From Planctomycetota bacterium (GTDB lineage Bacteria; Planctomycetota; JAJSAM01; JAJVHW01): 64,000 nucleotides of DNA. The number at the start of each line of letters is the position of its first letter. The stretch's first letter is position 1. Shown piece after piece: positions 9,637-18,125 of the stretch. The stretch spans positions 320,001-384,000 of the forward strand of contig CBDFJG010000004.1 of the NCBI GenBank assembly GCA_965248445.1, in the 5' to 3' direction. The notes beneath the pieces are model-generated. The model saw only the letters and a list, made by a program, of their open reading frames with translations. It was not told the origin of the DNA and made no database searches. A program made the position numbers and the translations under genes.

Positions 9637-11733
9637 ATGAGGATGATCATCCGTTTCAAGAGTCGCGCGCTGGCTGCAGCCGTTCTGGCTGCGAGCGCTT
9701 GCTTCCTGGTCAGCGGTGTCGGCGCCGTCGAAGTGCACGCGCAGGACGCGAGCGCGCTCGTCGGCCGCCTCCAGCAAGGCGCCGATCTGTTGCAGCGTGG
9801 CCGGACGAGTGAGGCCAACGCGGTCTTCCGTTCGATCCTCGCCGACGATCCGAGCAGCGAAGACGCCTACAACCTTGTGCGCGACACCGATCACCAGGTG
9901 TTCCTCGAGATGTTGAAGGCCGGCGGCGAGTCGTCTCTCGCAGCCCGTCGTCTGCTCGATCTCTCGCACCGCGAAGGCAGCGCGCGCTCGCAGGATCAGG
10001 GCGCGATCAGCTCTCTCGTCTCAGGTGCGGTCCAGGGTCGCGACCACCTCTCGCGCATGGCGGCGGTGCGCAAGCTCGCCGGCAGCCACGGCGAGTACGC
10101 GGTCCCCTCACTGGTCGGCTACCTCGGCAGCAACAGCATCGATGCGCGGGCCAACGCGATCATCGCGTTGACGCACATCGGCAGTGACGCCGTGGTTCCC
10201 CTCGCCGCCTCCCTCGGCACCGGCAACGAGATGCAAGTGAAGAACACGCTCGGCGTGCTCAAGCGCATCGGCGACCACCGCTCGGCTCCGGCCGTGATGG
10301 CGCACAAGAACGACGGTGGTGCATCGGCGGCGTTCGTGGAGCTCGCGCACTCGTACTTCGACGGCGACCCCGACGTCCTGCGCAACTGGGACGGCACGTT
10401 CTCCGTCTGGACGCTCGACAACGGGCGCCTCGCGAGTCGCGACACCCCGCGCTTCCTCTACAACTACGAAATGGCGCAGCACGCGGCTTACGACGCACTC
10501 GCCGCCGATCCGGATTTCGCTCCGGCGCGCGCGACGATCTCGCTCGCTTCGTCCGCCAAGATTGCCGCATGGAACGGTATCGGCGCCGAGGCGCAGGCTG
10601 ACGAGTCGATGGCCGGCGCGGCCAAGTCGGTCGCCGCCGCGCACGCGCTCGCAGGCGCCGCCGGCACCAACGACATCCTCATGGCCTACGGCATGGCGAT
10701 GAAGCTCGGACACGCCGAGGCCGGACAGATGCTCGCGGACACGATCGTGACCCGCGGCTCCGGCGGCAAGCTGATGGGCGACAACCCGCTGGTGGCAGGT
10801 CTCACCCACGATGACAAGGCGTTCCGCTACACGTCCGCGATCGCGCTGCTCCGGCTCGATCCGGGCGCGAGGTTCCCGGGCAGCGACAAGGTCGCAGTGG
10901 TCGCCGGCGAAGCCGCCTCCGAGGTGGCCGTCCAGCAGGTCCTCGTGATCGACAGCGACAGTAAGAACGCGATGAACGCGCAGCGCGCACTCAACGACGC
11001 CGGCTACCACGCAGTGGCAGCCACGTCGGGTGCGAGCGGATTGATCCTCGCGAAGGCCACGGGTGCATTCGATGCCGTGCTGGTCAACTCGAGCCTCGAC
11101 GACATGACGACGTTCCAGGTCATCGACGATCTCGCCCGCGACTTCCGCACGCAGAACGCGAAGGTGGTCGTGATGGCGGACGGCGGACTCATGAACCGCG
11201 CCGACTACGACAAGCGCGGAGTCGCGGGGGTGTCGCCCTCGAGCACCGACAAGGTCGGACTCGTGAACTCGATCGGCGAGGCGCTCGGCGATGCATCGGA
11301 CGCGCAGGCGGCATCCGCCAACGCGCTCTCGATCGCCGCCAGCAACGCGATGGCCTGGTCGAGCGGCGCGGCGTTCGATCTCTCAGACGCAGAAACCGGT
11401 CTCGTCGCCGCCTTGCGCGACAACGCGCCGGACGACGTGCGTCTGGCCGCTCTCGGCGCTCTGGCGAACCTCGCGACTCCCAAGGCCTCCGGCGTGCTGA
11501 GCAGCGTGCTCTCGACGAGCGACAATGCTGCCGGCGTCCGCGCCGCAGCGGCCGCGGCGCTCGGGCACGCGATCTCCGGCGAAGAGCCGGACGGCGGCGC
11601 GTTCAACTCGCTGCTCAACGCGATGGCCGACGAGGACGGCGGCGTCGCTGCGGCGGCCGGCCGGGCACTCGGTACGGCGAAGCTGACATCCGAGCAGCGC
11701 GCGCGCGTCTACACGGCCAGCCGCGGCTGGTAG
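9637..11733 (+). CDS. Secreted HEAT/TPR-repeat protein with an embedded atypical receiver-like domain
   Basis: Signal peptide ending VHAQ; HEAT repeats; VLVIDSD...FDAVLVNSSL receiver-like segment. Confidence 0.7.
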   Translation: MRMIIRFKSRALAAAVLAASACFLVSGVGAVEVHAQDASALVGRLQQGADLLQRGRTSEANAVFRSILADDPSSEDAYNLVRDTDHQVFLEMLKAGGESSLAARRLLDLSHREGSARSQDQGAISSLVSGAVQGRDHLSRMAAVRKLAGSHGEYAVPSLVGYLGSNSIDARANAIIALTHIGSDAVVPLAASLGTGNEMQVKNTLGVLKRIGDHRSAPAVMAHKNDGGASAAFVELAHSYFDGDPDVLRNWDGTFSVWTLDNGRLASRDTPRFLYNYEMAQHAAYDALAADPDFAPARATISLASSAKIAAWNGIGAEAQADESMAGAAKSVAAAHALAGAAGTNDILMAYGMAMKLGHAEAGQMLADTIVTRGSGGKLMGDNPLVAGLTHDDKAFRYTSAIALLRLDPGARFPGSDKVAVVAGEAASEVAVQQVLVIDSDSKNAMNAQRALNDAGYHAVAATSGASGLILAKATGAFDAVLVNSSLDDMTTFQVIDDLARDFRTQNAKVVVMADGGLMNRADYDKRGVAGVSPSSTDKVGLVNSIGEALGDASDAQAASANALSIAASNAMAWSSGAAFDLSDAETGLVAALRDNAPDDVRLAALGALANLATPKASGVLSSVLSTSDNAAGVRAAAAAALGHAISGEEPDGGAFNSLLNAMADEDGGVAAAAGRALGTAKLTSEQRARVYTASRGW

Positions 11734-11753
11734 CCGCTACATCTGACACAGAG

Positions 11754-11789
11754 GAACAGGCCCGTGCGGGTGACCGCACGGGCCTGTTC
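11754..11789 (+). terminator. Stem-loop, probable intrinsic terminator
   Basis: Perfect 16-bp stem GAACAGGCCCGTGCGG / CCGCACGGGCCTGTTC with GTGA loop, 20 nt after the stop codon. Confidence 0.7.
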
Positions 11790-11944
11790 GATTCGTGGCG
11801 TTGAGCGCGGTTCGCGACGAACGCACCTGTCGCGACCTTCGTCGCCGCGAGCGAGGACGGGCGCGAGATCGCACCGCGATCGGAGTGTCCGCCCGGAGCG
11901 AGCCTCCTTCGAAGCGGCCGGAGGGCCGCTGAGGAGGGCATGAT

Positions 11945-12004
11945 TGATCCTGCGTCGTGGCACGAGGATCGCCTCGCGATCCGACGTGCCACGACGCAGG
12001 ATCA
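11945..12004 (-). terminator. Long hairpin at the 3' end of the pentapeptide gene
   Basis: 20-bp perfect inverted repeat TGATCCTGCGTCGTGGCACG / CGTGCCACGACGCAGGATCA enclosing an inner GGATCGC/GCGATCC stem; overlaps the stop codon. Confidence 0.55.
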
Positions 12005-12625
12005 CCCCTCCATCTCCTCCTCGTGCGCTGCGGAGTCGAGGTCAACGCCGTCGAGCACCGCCCCGTCGAGGATGGCGCCCTCCATGTTGGCGCCCTTCAC
12101 GTTCGCGCCGGACAGGTTCGCCTCGGAGAGATCCGAGCCGCGCAGGTCGGTGACCGCGAGATTCGCCCTCCGCATGTCGGCGCCGAACAGCAGCGCGCGC
12201 TCGAGTGTTGCGCCGAACAGGTCCGTCTCCGAGAGATCCGCACCGAGTAGATACGCGTCCTCGAAGTTCGCCTCCTGGCAGTTCGCACCGAACAGGAACG
12301 CGCCGTTCAGGTCGGCCTTCTGCAGGTTGGTCTTCACGAGCTGGCTGAGCGCGAGATCCGCACCGGATAGGTCCGTGCTCGACAGGTCCGCGCCGGTGAG
12401 ATTCACGCGGCGCAGCGGCGCGTCGGCGAGCTGGAATCCCTCGAACGAGCGGCCCTTGCGCGCGCGTTCCCCCAGCAGGATGATCAGGTCGTCGGGATAC
12501 GGCCGCTCCTCGTCGAGCTCCGAGTGGAAGACGCAGTAGCCGTCTTCCATGCGGGGACCGAGCGTGCAGCGCTCCCCTTTCTCGGGGCCGCGCGCCCAGG
12601 TGTGCCGGCAGATGAACGTCGCCAT
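12002..12625 (-). CDS. Pentapeptide repeat protein with N-terminal Cys/His cluster
   Basis: Many A(D/N)Lxx repeats; N-terminal C...C...CVFH. Confidence 0.9.
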   Translation of the reverse strand: MATFICRHTWARGPEKGERCTLGPRMEDGYCVFHSELDEERPYPDDLIILLGERARKGRSFEGFQLADAPLRRVNLTGADLSSTDLSGADLALSQLVKTNLQKADLNGAFLFGANCQEANFEDAYLLGADLSETDLFGATLERALLFGADMRRANLAVTDLRGSDLSEANLSGANVKGANMEGAILDGAVLDGVDLDSAAHEEEMEG

Positions 12626-12643
12626 GTTCGCGTGCTCCGAATG

Positions 12644-13210
12644 TCAGAGGCCGAGGTGCTTCAGGAGATCTGCGAGTTCGCGGAAGGTGGGGCCGCCGTC
12701 CTTCTGCTGATACGTCGCGGGCGTGACGTGGATCCGGAAGTCGACGGTCGTCGTTCGCTGCGGCGCCAAACCGGTCTTCTGCCGGAGGACGCGGATCTTG
12801 TCGTTCATCTCGACCCAACCGGCGCGCAGCAAACGCTGCCGATCACGCAGTCCGAGCAGGTTCTCGGAGACCCGGATCAACTCCTCGCGATTGCGCTCGG
12901 CCTCGCCGAGCACGACGTCGGACTGGGGGCCCTGCAACCGGGCGAGGAGAACCTCCCGGATCAACCGTTCGCGTCCGCCGGACAGTTCGTCGACGACGCT
13001 CTCGTACCGCCGTCCGCGCTGCCGGAGCTTCTGCACCCGGCGCTCCAGCGAACCGGCCTGGTCGGGGTCGCCTGTGGCGGCAGCCGCCTTGCCCCGCTCG
13101 AGGAGGGCGCTGGACTCCTGATCGCACTCGGCGAGTCGCCGCTCCACGCGCTTCCGGACGGCGGCCACCCGCCGCCGCTCGCCATCCAGGTCGTCATCGA
13201 GCGTGCTCAT
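12644..13210 (-). CDS. Hypothetical coiled-coil protein
   Basis: Charged helical ORF starting MSTLDDDLDG, directly upstream of the pentapeptide gene. Confidence 0.6.
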   Translation of the reverse strand: MSTLDDDLDGERRRVAAVRKRVERRLAECDQESSALLERGKAAAATGDPDQAGSLERRVQKLRQRGRRYESVVDELSGGRERLIREVLLARLQGPQSDVVLGEAERNREELIRVSENLLGLRDRQRLLRAGWVEMNDKIRVLRQKTGLAPQRTTTVDFRIHVTPATYQQKDGGPTFRELADLLKHLGL

Positions 13211-13424
13211 CCGAAGATTGTAGCCAGGCCTGCACGCCGTCGCTCGCGGAGCCCGGACTGTCCTTTGAGCCTGACGGTCCACCGGGGACGCCGAATTCGC
13301 CGCTCAAGCCTCGTGGGCAGAACGCTCGATGGGGCGAGGCGTGGGGCGGGATGAACCGTCTCACCCCCAGGGATGGTGGTCCGGCGCCCTTGCCCGGCCC
13401 CGAACGGTGGGGTAACGTCAGGAC

Positions 13425-13697
13425 GTGCTGAGCGGCAGGCCACCCCTTGCCCGCCGCCGGCCCAGGAGGCTGGTCGTGGGCAAGAAGAAGTGGTGTTTTG
13501 GTCGCGAAGACGTGATCTGCATGACCAAGGACTGCAAGTACATGTCCGACTGCGTGCAGGTCGTCTGGGAGCGCAAGATGTCGCGCCTCGTCGCCCGTGG
13601 ACGCGAGGAGGGCGGCGGCTCCCTGACCCGGCTCAAGAGCAAGCTCAAGAAGGAAGAGCGGTCCAACCGCAAGAAGCGCGCGAGCCCGACGCGGTAG
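13425..13697 (+). CDS. Small basic Cys-rich hypothetical protein
   Basis: WCFGREDVICMTKDCKYMSDC and a Lys/Arg-rich tail; GC3-rich codons; start uncertain. Confidence 0.55.
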   Translation: MLSGRPPLARRRPRRLVVGKKKWCFGREDVICMTKDCKYMSDCVQVVWERKMSRLVARGREEGGGSLTRLKSKLKKEERSNRKKRASPTR

Positions 13698-13761
13698 CGC
13701 CCGTCTCCGTCAAGCTCGAAGGCGGTCCGTCAGCTCGAAGGGGTCCGTCCGAAGCGGACTG

Positions 13762-15381
13762 TCAGGGAGAGCTGACGTCCTCCTTCACCAGCCGCAACCC
13801 CACATGGTTGAAGCGCAGGCCCGCCTCGAGCGGGCGGCCTTCCCAGACCTTGCAGTTGTTGCGCGCTCGCTTGTGCACGTCGGCGAACGACCCGCCACGT
13901 AGTTCGTAGCCATGGGGTCCGTAGACCCACTCCGACACGTTCACGCCCATGCCGACCACACCGAAGTAGGACGTGTCTTCCTCGACGTGGTCGACGTCGC
14001 CCGACTGATTGGCATTGAGACCCGCCCGCAGGCGCGGGTCGCCCGTGCCCAAAGCAGGCACGCCGAGGAACGTGTCACCCCACGGGTAGACGCGGCGGTC
14101 GTGGCCGCGTGCGGCGTACTCCCACTGATCGGCCTTGGGAATCCGGATCCTGACACCCGCCCGCCCCAGGCGCGCGGTCAACCACTCCGCGAACTTGACG
14201 GCTGCGCCTGCACTCACGTTCACGACGGGGCGGTCGAGCTGATCTGCGGGCGGGCTCCACCGGCCCATCTTGTACTTCCAGGAGCCCCTCGCGCCGGGCA
14301 CGGCCTCGTCGAACAGACCCGCCTCCCGCAACGCCTCCTCCTGGTGCTCCAGGAAGTCGCGCCAGAGTTCGTTGCGGATCTCGTACGTGGAGATCCAGTA
14401 CCTCTCGTTCACGCGCACTTGGCGCCAGTCGTAGTACCGGCGGATGGCCGTGATGGGCAGCCCGGAGACCAGCGTGGCCTCGTCCTCGAGCGAACCCGGG
14501 ATGCCGGTGTCGGGCACGGTGTAGTCGGGGATGGGGGGGGCGCCGTTCTCGCGGATCCACCGCGACGGCGTGCAGATGTCCAACACGCCCTCGTCTCGGA
14601 GCGCTTCCCACTCGTGCTGTAGGAACTCGGACCAGACCCCGTTGGAGATCCCGAGGCGTTCGATTTGAGGAGCGGGGTCGTTCCACCACGTGTCCCACCA
14701 CCAGGCCCGGAAGCGGCGCACGGCGGTCAGTGACACGTCGGACACGAGTGACTCCCAGTCCGGTGTCCCCGTCCCGGGCAGTCGATTCGGTTCCGGGAGT
14801 CCGGCGTCGTCGAGGTGCCAGCCGGTGCGCTGGAGGGGGAACGCCTGCCCGTACCACGCGCGGGCCGCCTTCAACTCGGCCTCCTCATCGACGAGGAAGT
14901 CTCGCCACTGACGATTCGTGATGCTGAAGCGCCGGATATGGTGCGCGACCACGTCGTCGCCATCCGCCAGCGCCCCCACGAGTTGCTCGTCGTACACGGG
15001 GATGAAGGGCTCCCCGGCGTGGAACGTCCCGGTCGGGATGAGCGTCCACTCCGGCTCCCACGACCCCGTGATGTCGATGCGGCTGCGCTGGTCGGCCTCG
15101 GCGGGCGGTACGAAGCGTCCGATCAACTCGCGGTCGAACAGGATCGCGCCGATGACGACCACGAACGCGAGCATCCCGACCATTGCGAGAAGCGGTAAGT
15201 GGCGGCGGAGTGCCGAGTGCTCCGTCCGCTGGGCGCGCTTCTGATCGCTGACGGCGCGGATCTCCGTCGACAGCACCGCGCCGGCAGCCGGCAGCCCGCA
15301 CTCGGGGCAGAAGTGGTGGGCCGGACGCAGCGGACGACCGCAACGCGCGCAGGGGCTGGGGCCGTTGAACTCCGCCGACAC
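13762..15381 (-). CDS. FGE/sulfatase-modifying-factor domain protein with N-terminal zinc ribbon and TM helix
   Basis: CARC...CPEC ribbon, TM, RPVVNVS, RIPKADQWEYAARG, YPWG, GMGVNVSEW, RGGSF, GLRLV. Confidence 0.85.
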   Translation of the reverse strand: MSAEFNGPSPCARCGRPLRPAHHFCPECGLPAAGAVLSTEIRAVSDQKRAQRTEHSALRRHLPLLAMVGMLAFVVVIGAILFDRELIGRFVPPAEADQRSRIDITGSWEPEWTLIPTGTFHAGEPFIPVYDEQLVGALADGDDVVAHHIRRFSITNRQWRDFLVDEEAELKAARAWYGQAFPLQRTGWHLDDAGLPEPNRLPGTGTPDWESLVSDVSLTAVRRFRAWWWDTWWNDPAPQIERLGISNGVWSEFLQHEWEALRDEGVLDICTPSRWIRENGAPPIPDYTVPDTGIPGSLEDEATLVSGLPITAIRRYYDWRQVRVNERYWISTYEIRNELWRDFLEHQEEALREAGLFDEAVPGARGSWKYKMGRWSPPADQLDRPVVNVSAGAAVKFAEWLTARLGRAGVRIRIPKADQWEYAARGHDRRVYPWGDTFLGVPALGTGDPRLRAGLNANQSGDVDHVEEDTSYFGVVGMGVNVSEWVYGPHGYELRGGSFADVHKRARNNCKVWEGRPLEAGLRFNHVGLRLVKEDVSSP

Positions 15382-15482
15382 GCCCTCATTGTAGGGCCTG
15401 CGGGTCGCCGGACGGAGGGCTCGGCCGACCGGCGGGAATCGTCGCGTGACCGCTCCGCCGGGGCTATCTTCCGCCCCCGCAC

Positions 15483-15554
15483 GCCCGCGTAGCTCAGTGG
15501 TAGAGCACCGCTTTCGTAAAGCGGGGGTCGTCGGTTCGAATCCGACCGCGGGCT
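15483..15554 (+). tRNA. tRNA-Thr (anticodon CGT)
   Basis: GCCCGCG/CGCGGGC acceptor stem, TAGCTCAGTGGTAGAGC D-arm, CCGCT-TTCGTAA-AGCGG anticodon arm, GGTTCGAATCC T-arm; CCA not encoded. Confidence 0.97.
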
Positions 15555-15673
15555 CGCGCTCGAAACCCAGTATTCATAAGGGTTTAGGGCTGATGCTCGC
15601 GTTGGCGTATCCGGGTCGCTAGGGTCCCGGGTGCGCGTCGGGGGCGGTTGGGCGCGTCTAACGCGGCGAGGGC

Positions 15674-17173
15674 GTAACCGTTCACCCCTTGACAGCGTGT
15701 GAGCCTCAGCGTGCGACGGGCAGCGGGACCATGACGGGCGGGTCGGCGCCGGTGAGGTGCGCGGCGACCGAGTCGGCGAGGAAGTCGAAGACTTGGTCGC
15801 CACGGCGTCGCAGCGTGGCCGCGGCGGTCAACACGCGCTCGGCGAAGCGGAGTCCGCGAGCGGACTGGCTTCCGAAGGAGCCCTTGCGCCAGAGCACCGC
15901 TTTGCGGACCGCGCGCTCGGCGGCGTTGTTCGTCGGACTCACGTCCTGGGTCCGCGCATAGGTGAAGAGGGCGACCACGCGGGGGCGCAGATGGTTGGCC
16001 AGAGCCGAGTCGTCGTTCGCGATCAGTCGCTCGAGCCGTCCGCGCAGCACAGCGGCTTCGCCTTGCAGCCGGTCACGGTCGCCGTGCTCACCGAAGAGCC
16101 GGTAGCTGCGCATGACCGACTGCGCGATCATGACGCCCTTGTTGCCGAAGCGGCGATGTCCTCGCGGGCCTTCGGCCAGCGCACGGAAGGCGCGCTCGAT
16201 GTGCGCCCAGCAGAGCTGGCGGCGGGCAAGTGGGTGTGACTCGTAGGCACCCATCCGGTCGCTGATCACCGTGCCACCGAAGCGCCGCCCGATCAGCCGC
16301 CCTTTCGCCTTGGCACTGCGGCGGCGATCGATCCCGAAGGCTGTGGCGTGCTCGCTCTCCGCCGCCCACAGCCAGCACACCCGGCCCCGTTCCTTCCACG
16401 ACGTCTCGTCCACGTTGGCTCGCAGCGACGTGCGGACTGCCCCGAGGGCTTCGAGGTACGACGAGTGCAGAGCGTCACTGAGCCGACGCTCACAGTCGCT
16501 GATCTTGCCCAGCGACATCTTCACACCGAAGATCTCACCGAGCAGCCGCTGCGTCTCCCGCACGCTCACGCGGTACACGCCGCGCAGCGCGCCGGCAAGT
16601 GTGGTCAGCCGCGGACCGAAGGCCCCGGTCGGCACGCCATCGGGCAGGACCGCCGTCGTGACCGCACGACAGCGCCGGCACCGCGCCTTGTGCAGCCGGT
16701 GCTCCCGCACCGTGACGAGCACGCGCGGGAGCACCGTCACCTGGTGCCGGTACGGATCGCCGATGCCCTGCTCGAGATCGTCGTGTCCGCACGCGTCGCA
16801 GAGGTCGGGACGGTGCTCCTTGGTCTCATCGACGTTGGACGGATCCACCAGCTCGCGCGCCGTGCCCTCATGGCCCGGCTGTCCGCCCTGCTTGCGACCG
16901 CTACGCGGCCTTCGGCCGCGACGGCGCTTGGACCACGCCGGGTCCGACGACGGAGGCCTCGAGCTGTTGCGGGAGTCACGCTTCAGACGCGACTCGAGCT
17001 CGTCGATGCGGCGCAGATGCTTCGCTTCGCGACGCTCCAGCTCCTCGATCCAGGCCAGAAGGCCCTCGACCATCGCCCGCAGATCCTCGTCCTGCCGCTC
17101 GCCCACAACATCTTGATCGACCGATGGCCGAACGATCTGGATACTGGCTCGCGACGAAGGGGTGAACGGTTAC
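15674..17173 (-). mobile_element. IS66-family element, single-ORF (ISBst12-like) type, 1500 bp
   Basis: 17-bp perfect TIRs GTAACCGTTCACCCCTT / AAGGGGTGAACGGTTAC; flanks GCGAGGGC and GACGAACG do not form a target duplication. Confidence 0.93.
15706..17106 (-). CDS. IS66 family transposase (TnpC)
   Basis: DSRNSSRPPSSD, GGQPGH, CxxC pairs, VDET, QLCWAH, PTNNAAERAVR. Confidence 0.95.
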   Translation of the reverse strand: MGERQDEDLRAMVEGLLAWIEELERREAKHLRRIDELESRLKRDSRNSSRPPSSDPAWSKRRRGRRPRSGRKQGGQPGHEGTARELVDPSNVDETKEHRPDLCDACGHDDLEQGIGDPYRHQVTVLPRVLVTVREHRLHKARCRRCRAVTTAVLPDGVPTGAFGPRLTTLAGALRGVYRVSVRETQRLLGEIFGVKMSLGKISDCERRLSDALHSSYLEALGAVRTSLRANVDETSWKERGRVCWLWAAESEHATAFGIDRRRSAKAKGRLIGRRFGGTVISDRMGAYESHPLARRQLCWAHIERAFRALAEGPRGHRRFGNKGVMIAQSVMRSYRLFGEHGDRDRLQGEAAVLRGRLERLIANDDSALANHLRPRVVALFTYARTQDVSPTNNAAERAVRKAVLWRKGSFGSQSARGLRFAERVLTAAATLRRRGDQVFDFLADSVAAHLTGADPPVMVPLPVAR

Positions 17174-17323
17174 GACGAACGAGGGCAGCGAGTGCGCGAG
17201 CCGCTCGGCGACGTAGCGCACGAGGGGCAGGTACTTCTCGAGGAGGATGTCTCGCGACTCCTCGGTGGGACTCGCCTTGTAGGCGGTCCACACGTCCTTC
17301 ACATCAGCATCTGAGATCCGCAT
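17174..17323 (-). pseudogene. 5' fragment (50 codons) of a FliA/WhiG-family sigma factor cut by IS66
   Basis: GGAGG RBS then MRISDADVKDVWTAYKASPTEESRDILLEKYLPLVRYVAERLAHSLPSFV, matching the sigma-28 N-terminus/region 2 start; ends exactly at the IS TIR. Confidence 0.8.
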
Positions 17324-17442
17324 CTCGTTCCTCCACCTGTTGCGCTCTGGACCGCGGTCAGGTGGAGCCCACGGGAGATCCCGCGGAGAGCGTGGCGCTC
17401 GTTCGTGCAGCTCTGCAGCTGAGACGACGGGCGCCTGCTCTT

Positions 17443-17543
17443 GACCGGTAGCTGGCTGCCACGAATCCCCGTGAGACTCCCCCGGGGACCAGGCCCTATA
17501 GCTTTGCGTCGCCACCTTTCGGTGGGTTTGCCCTGAGACGGTC
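17443..17543 (-). promoter_or_regulatory. Cyclic di-GMP-I (GEMM) riboswitch
   Basis: Minus strand reads GACCGTCTCAGGGCAAACCCACC-GAAA-GGTGGCGACGCAAAGCTATAGGGCCT...GGCAGCCAGCTACCGGTC: GGCAAAC, GNRA loop, GACGCAAAGC and P1 pairing GACCG/CGGTC. Confidence 0.92.
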
Positions 17544-17962
17544 CGTTGCGATGTCAAGTGGCCGCCCGGCGTTGTCCCGTGCCGGCTCGGCCGATCCCCT
17601 CCGCTTCCGGAGGCTTGGGAAACGTAGCACTCGCCCGTGCGCCGTCAACCCCACCATCCAGAATTGCCTCTCGGAGTGAGGAGAGCGCGCGTAAGTACCG
17701 CAGCTCAACGGTACTTACGGCGTCGATCACGTTATCGCAACGCCGCAGAATCCGGGAGACCGGCGGTCCGCCAGCCGGCCGGGACGGGAGACGCCGAGCC
17801 TGGGATGTCATGAATGCCAGACAGCGGGCGTCTCCCGCCCGCGACGTCTCTCGTCCACGCAGCGAGACGCGTCCAGCCGTGAGGACGGCTGTGCCGTTGC
17901 CGGAGAACTCGACGAGGCCACAGGTCCGGGACGCTGCCGTCGACGGCCTGGCGTAGCGAGTA

Positions 17963-17990
17963 CACGGCGGGCACCGAGGTGCCCGCCGTG
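17963..17990 (-). terminator. Stem-loop downstream of the sigma/anti-sigma/GNAT operon
   Basis: Perfect 12-bp stem CACGGCGGGCAC / GTGCCCGCCGTG with 4-nt loop; no clear U-tract. Confidence 0.45.
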
Positions 17991-18125
17991 CCGAGACCTC
18001 ACGCCGGCCATCGATCGGGACGGATGGGAGGGAACCGCAAGAGGGGGTTCGGCCAGACGCGCTGTCGTCGGGCTAGAGGACGGGCCGGACCGGGCGTCGG
18101 TTACATGCGGCGCCTGTCGTCGTGC

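Noticed and set aside
17552..17557. TTGACA (-35-like) on the minus strand just upstream of the riboswitch
   Set aside because: The matching -10 position falls inside the aptamer and does not resemble TATAAT.
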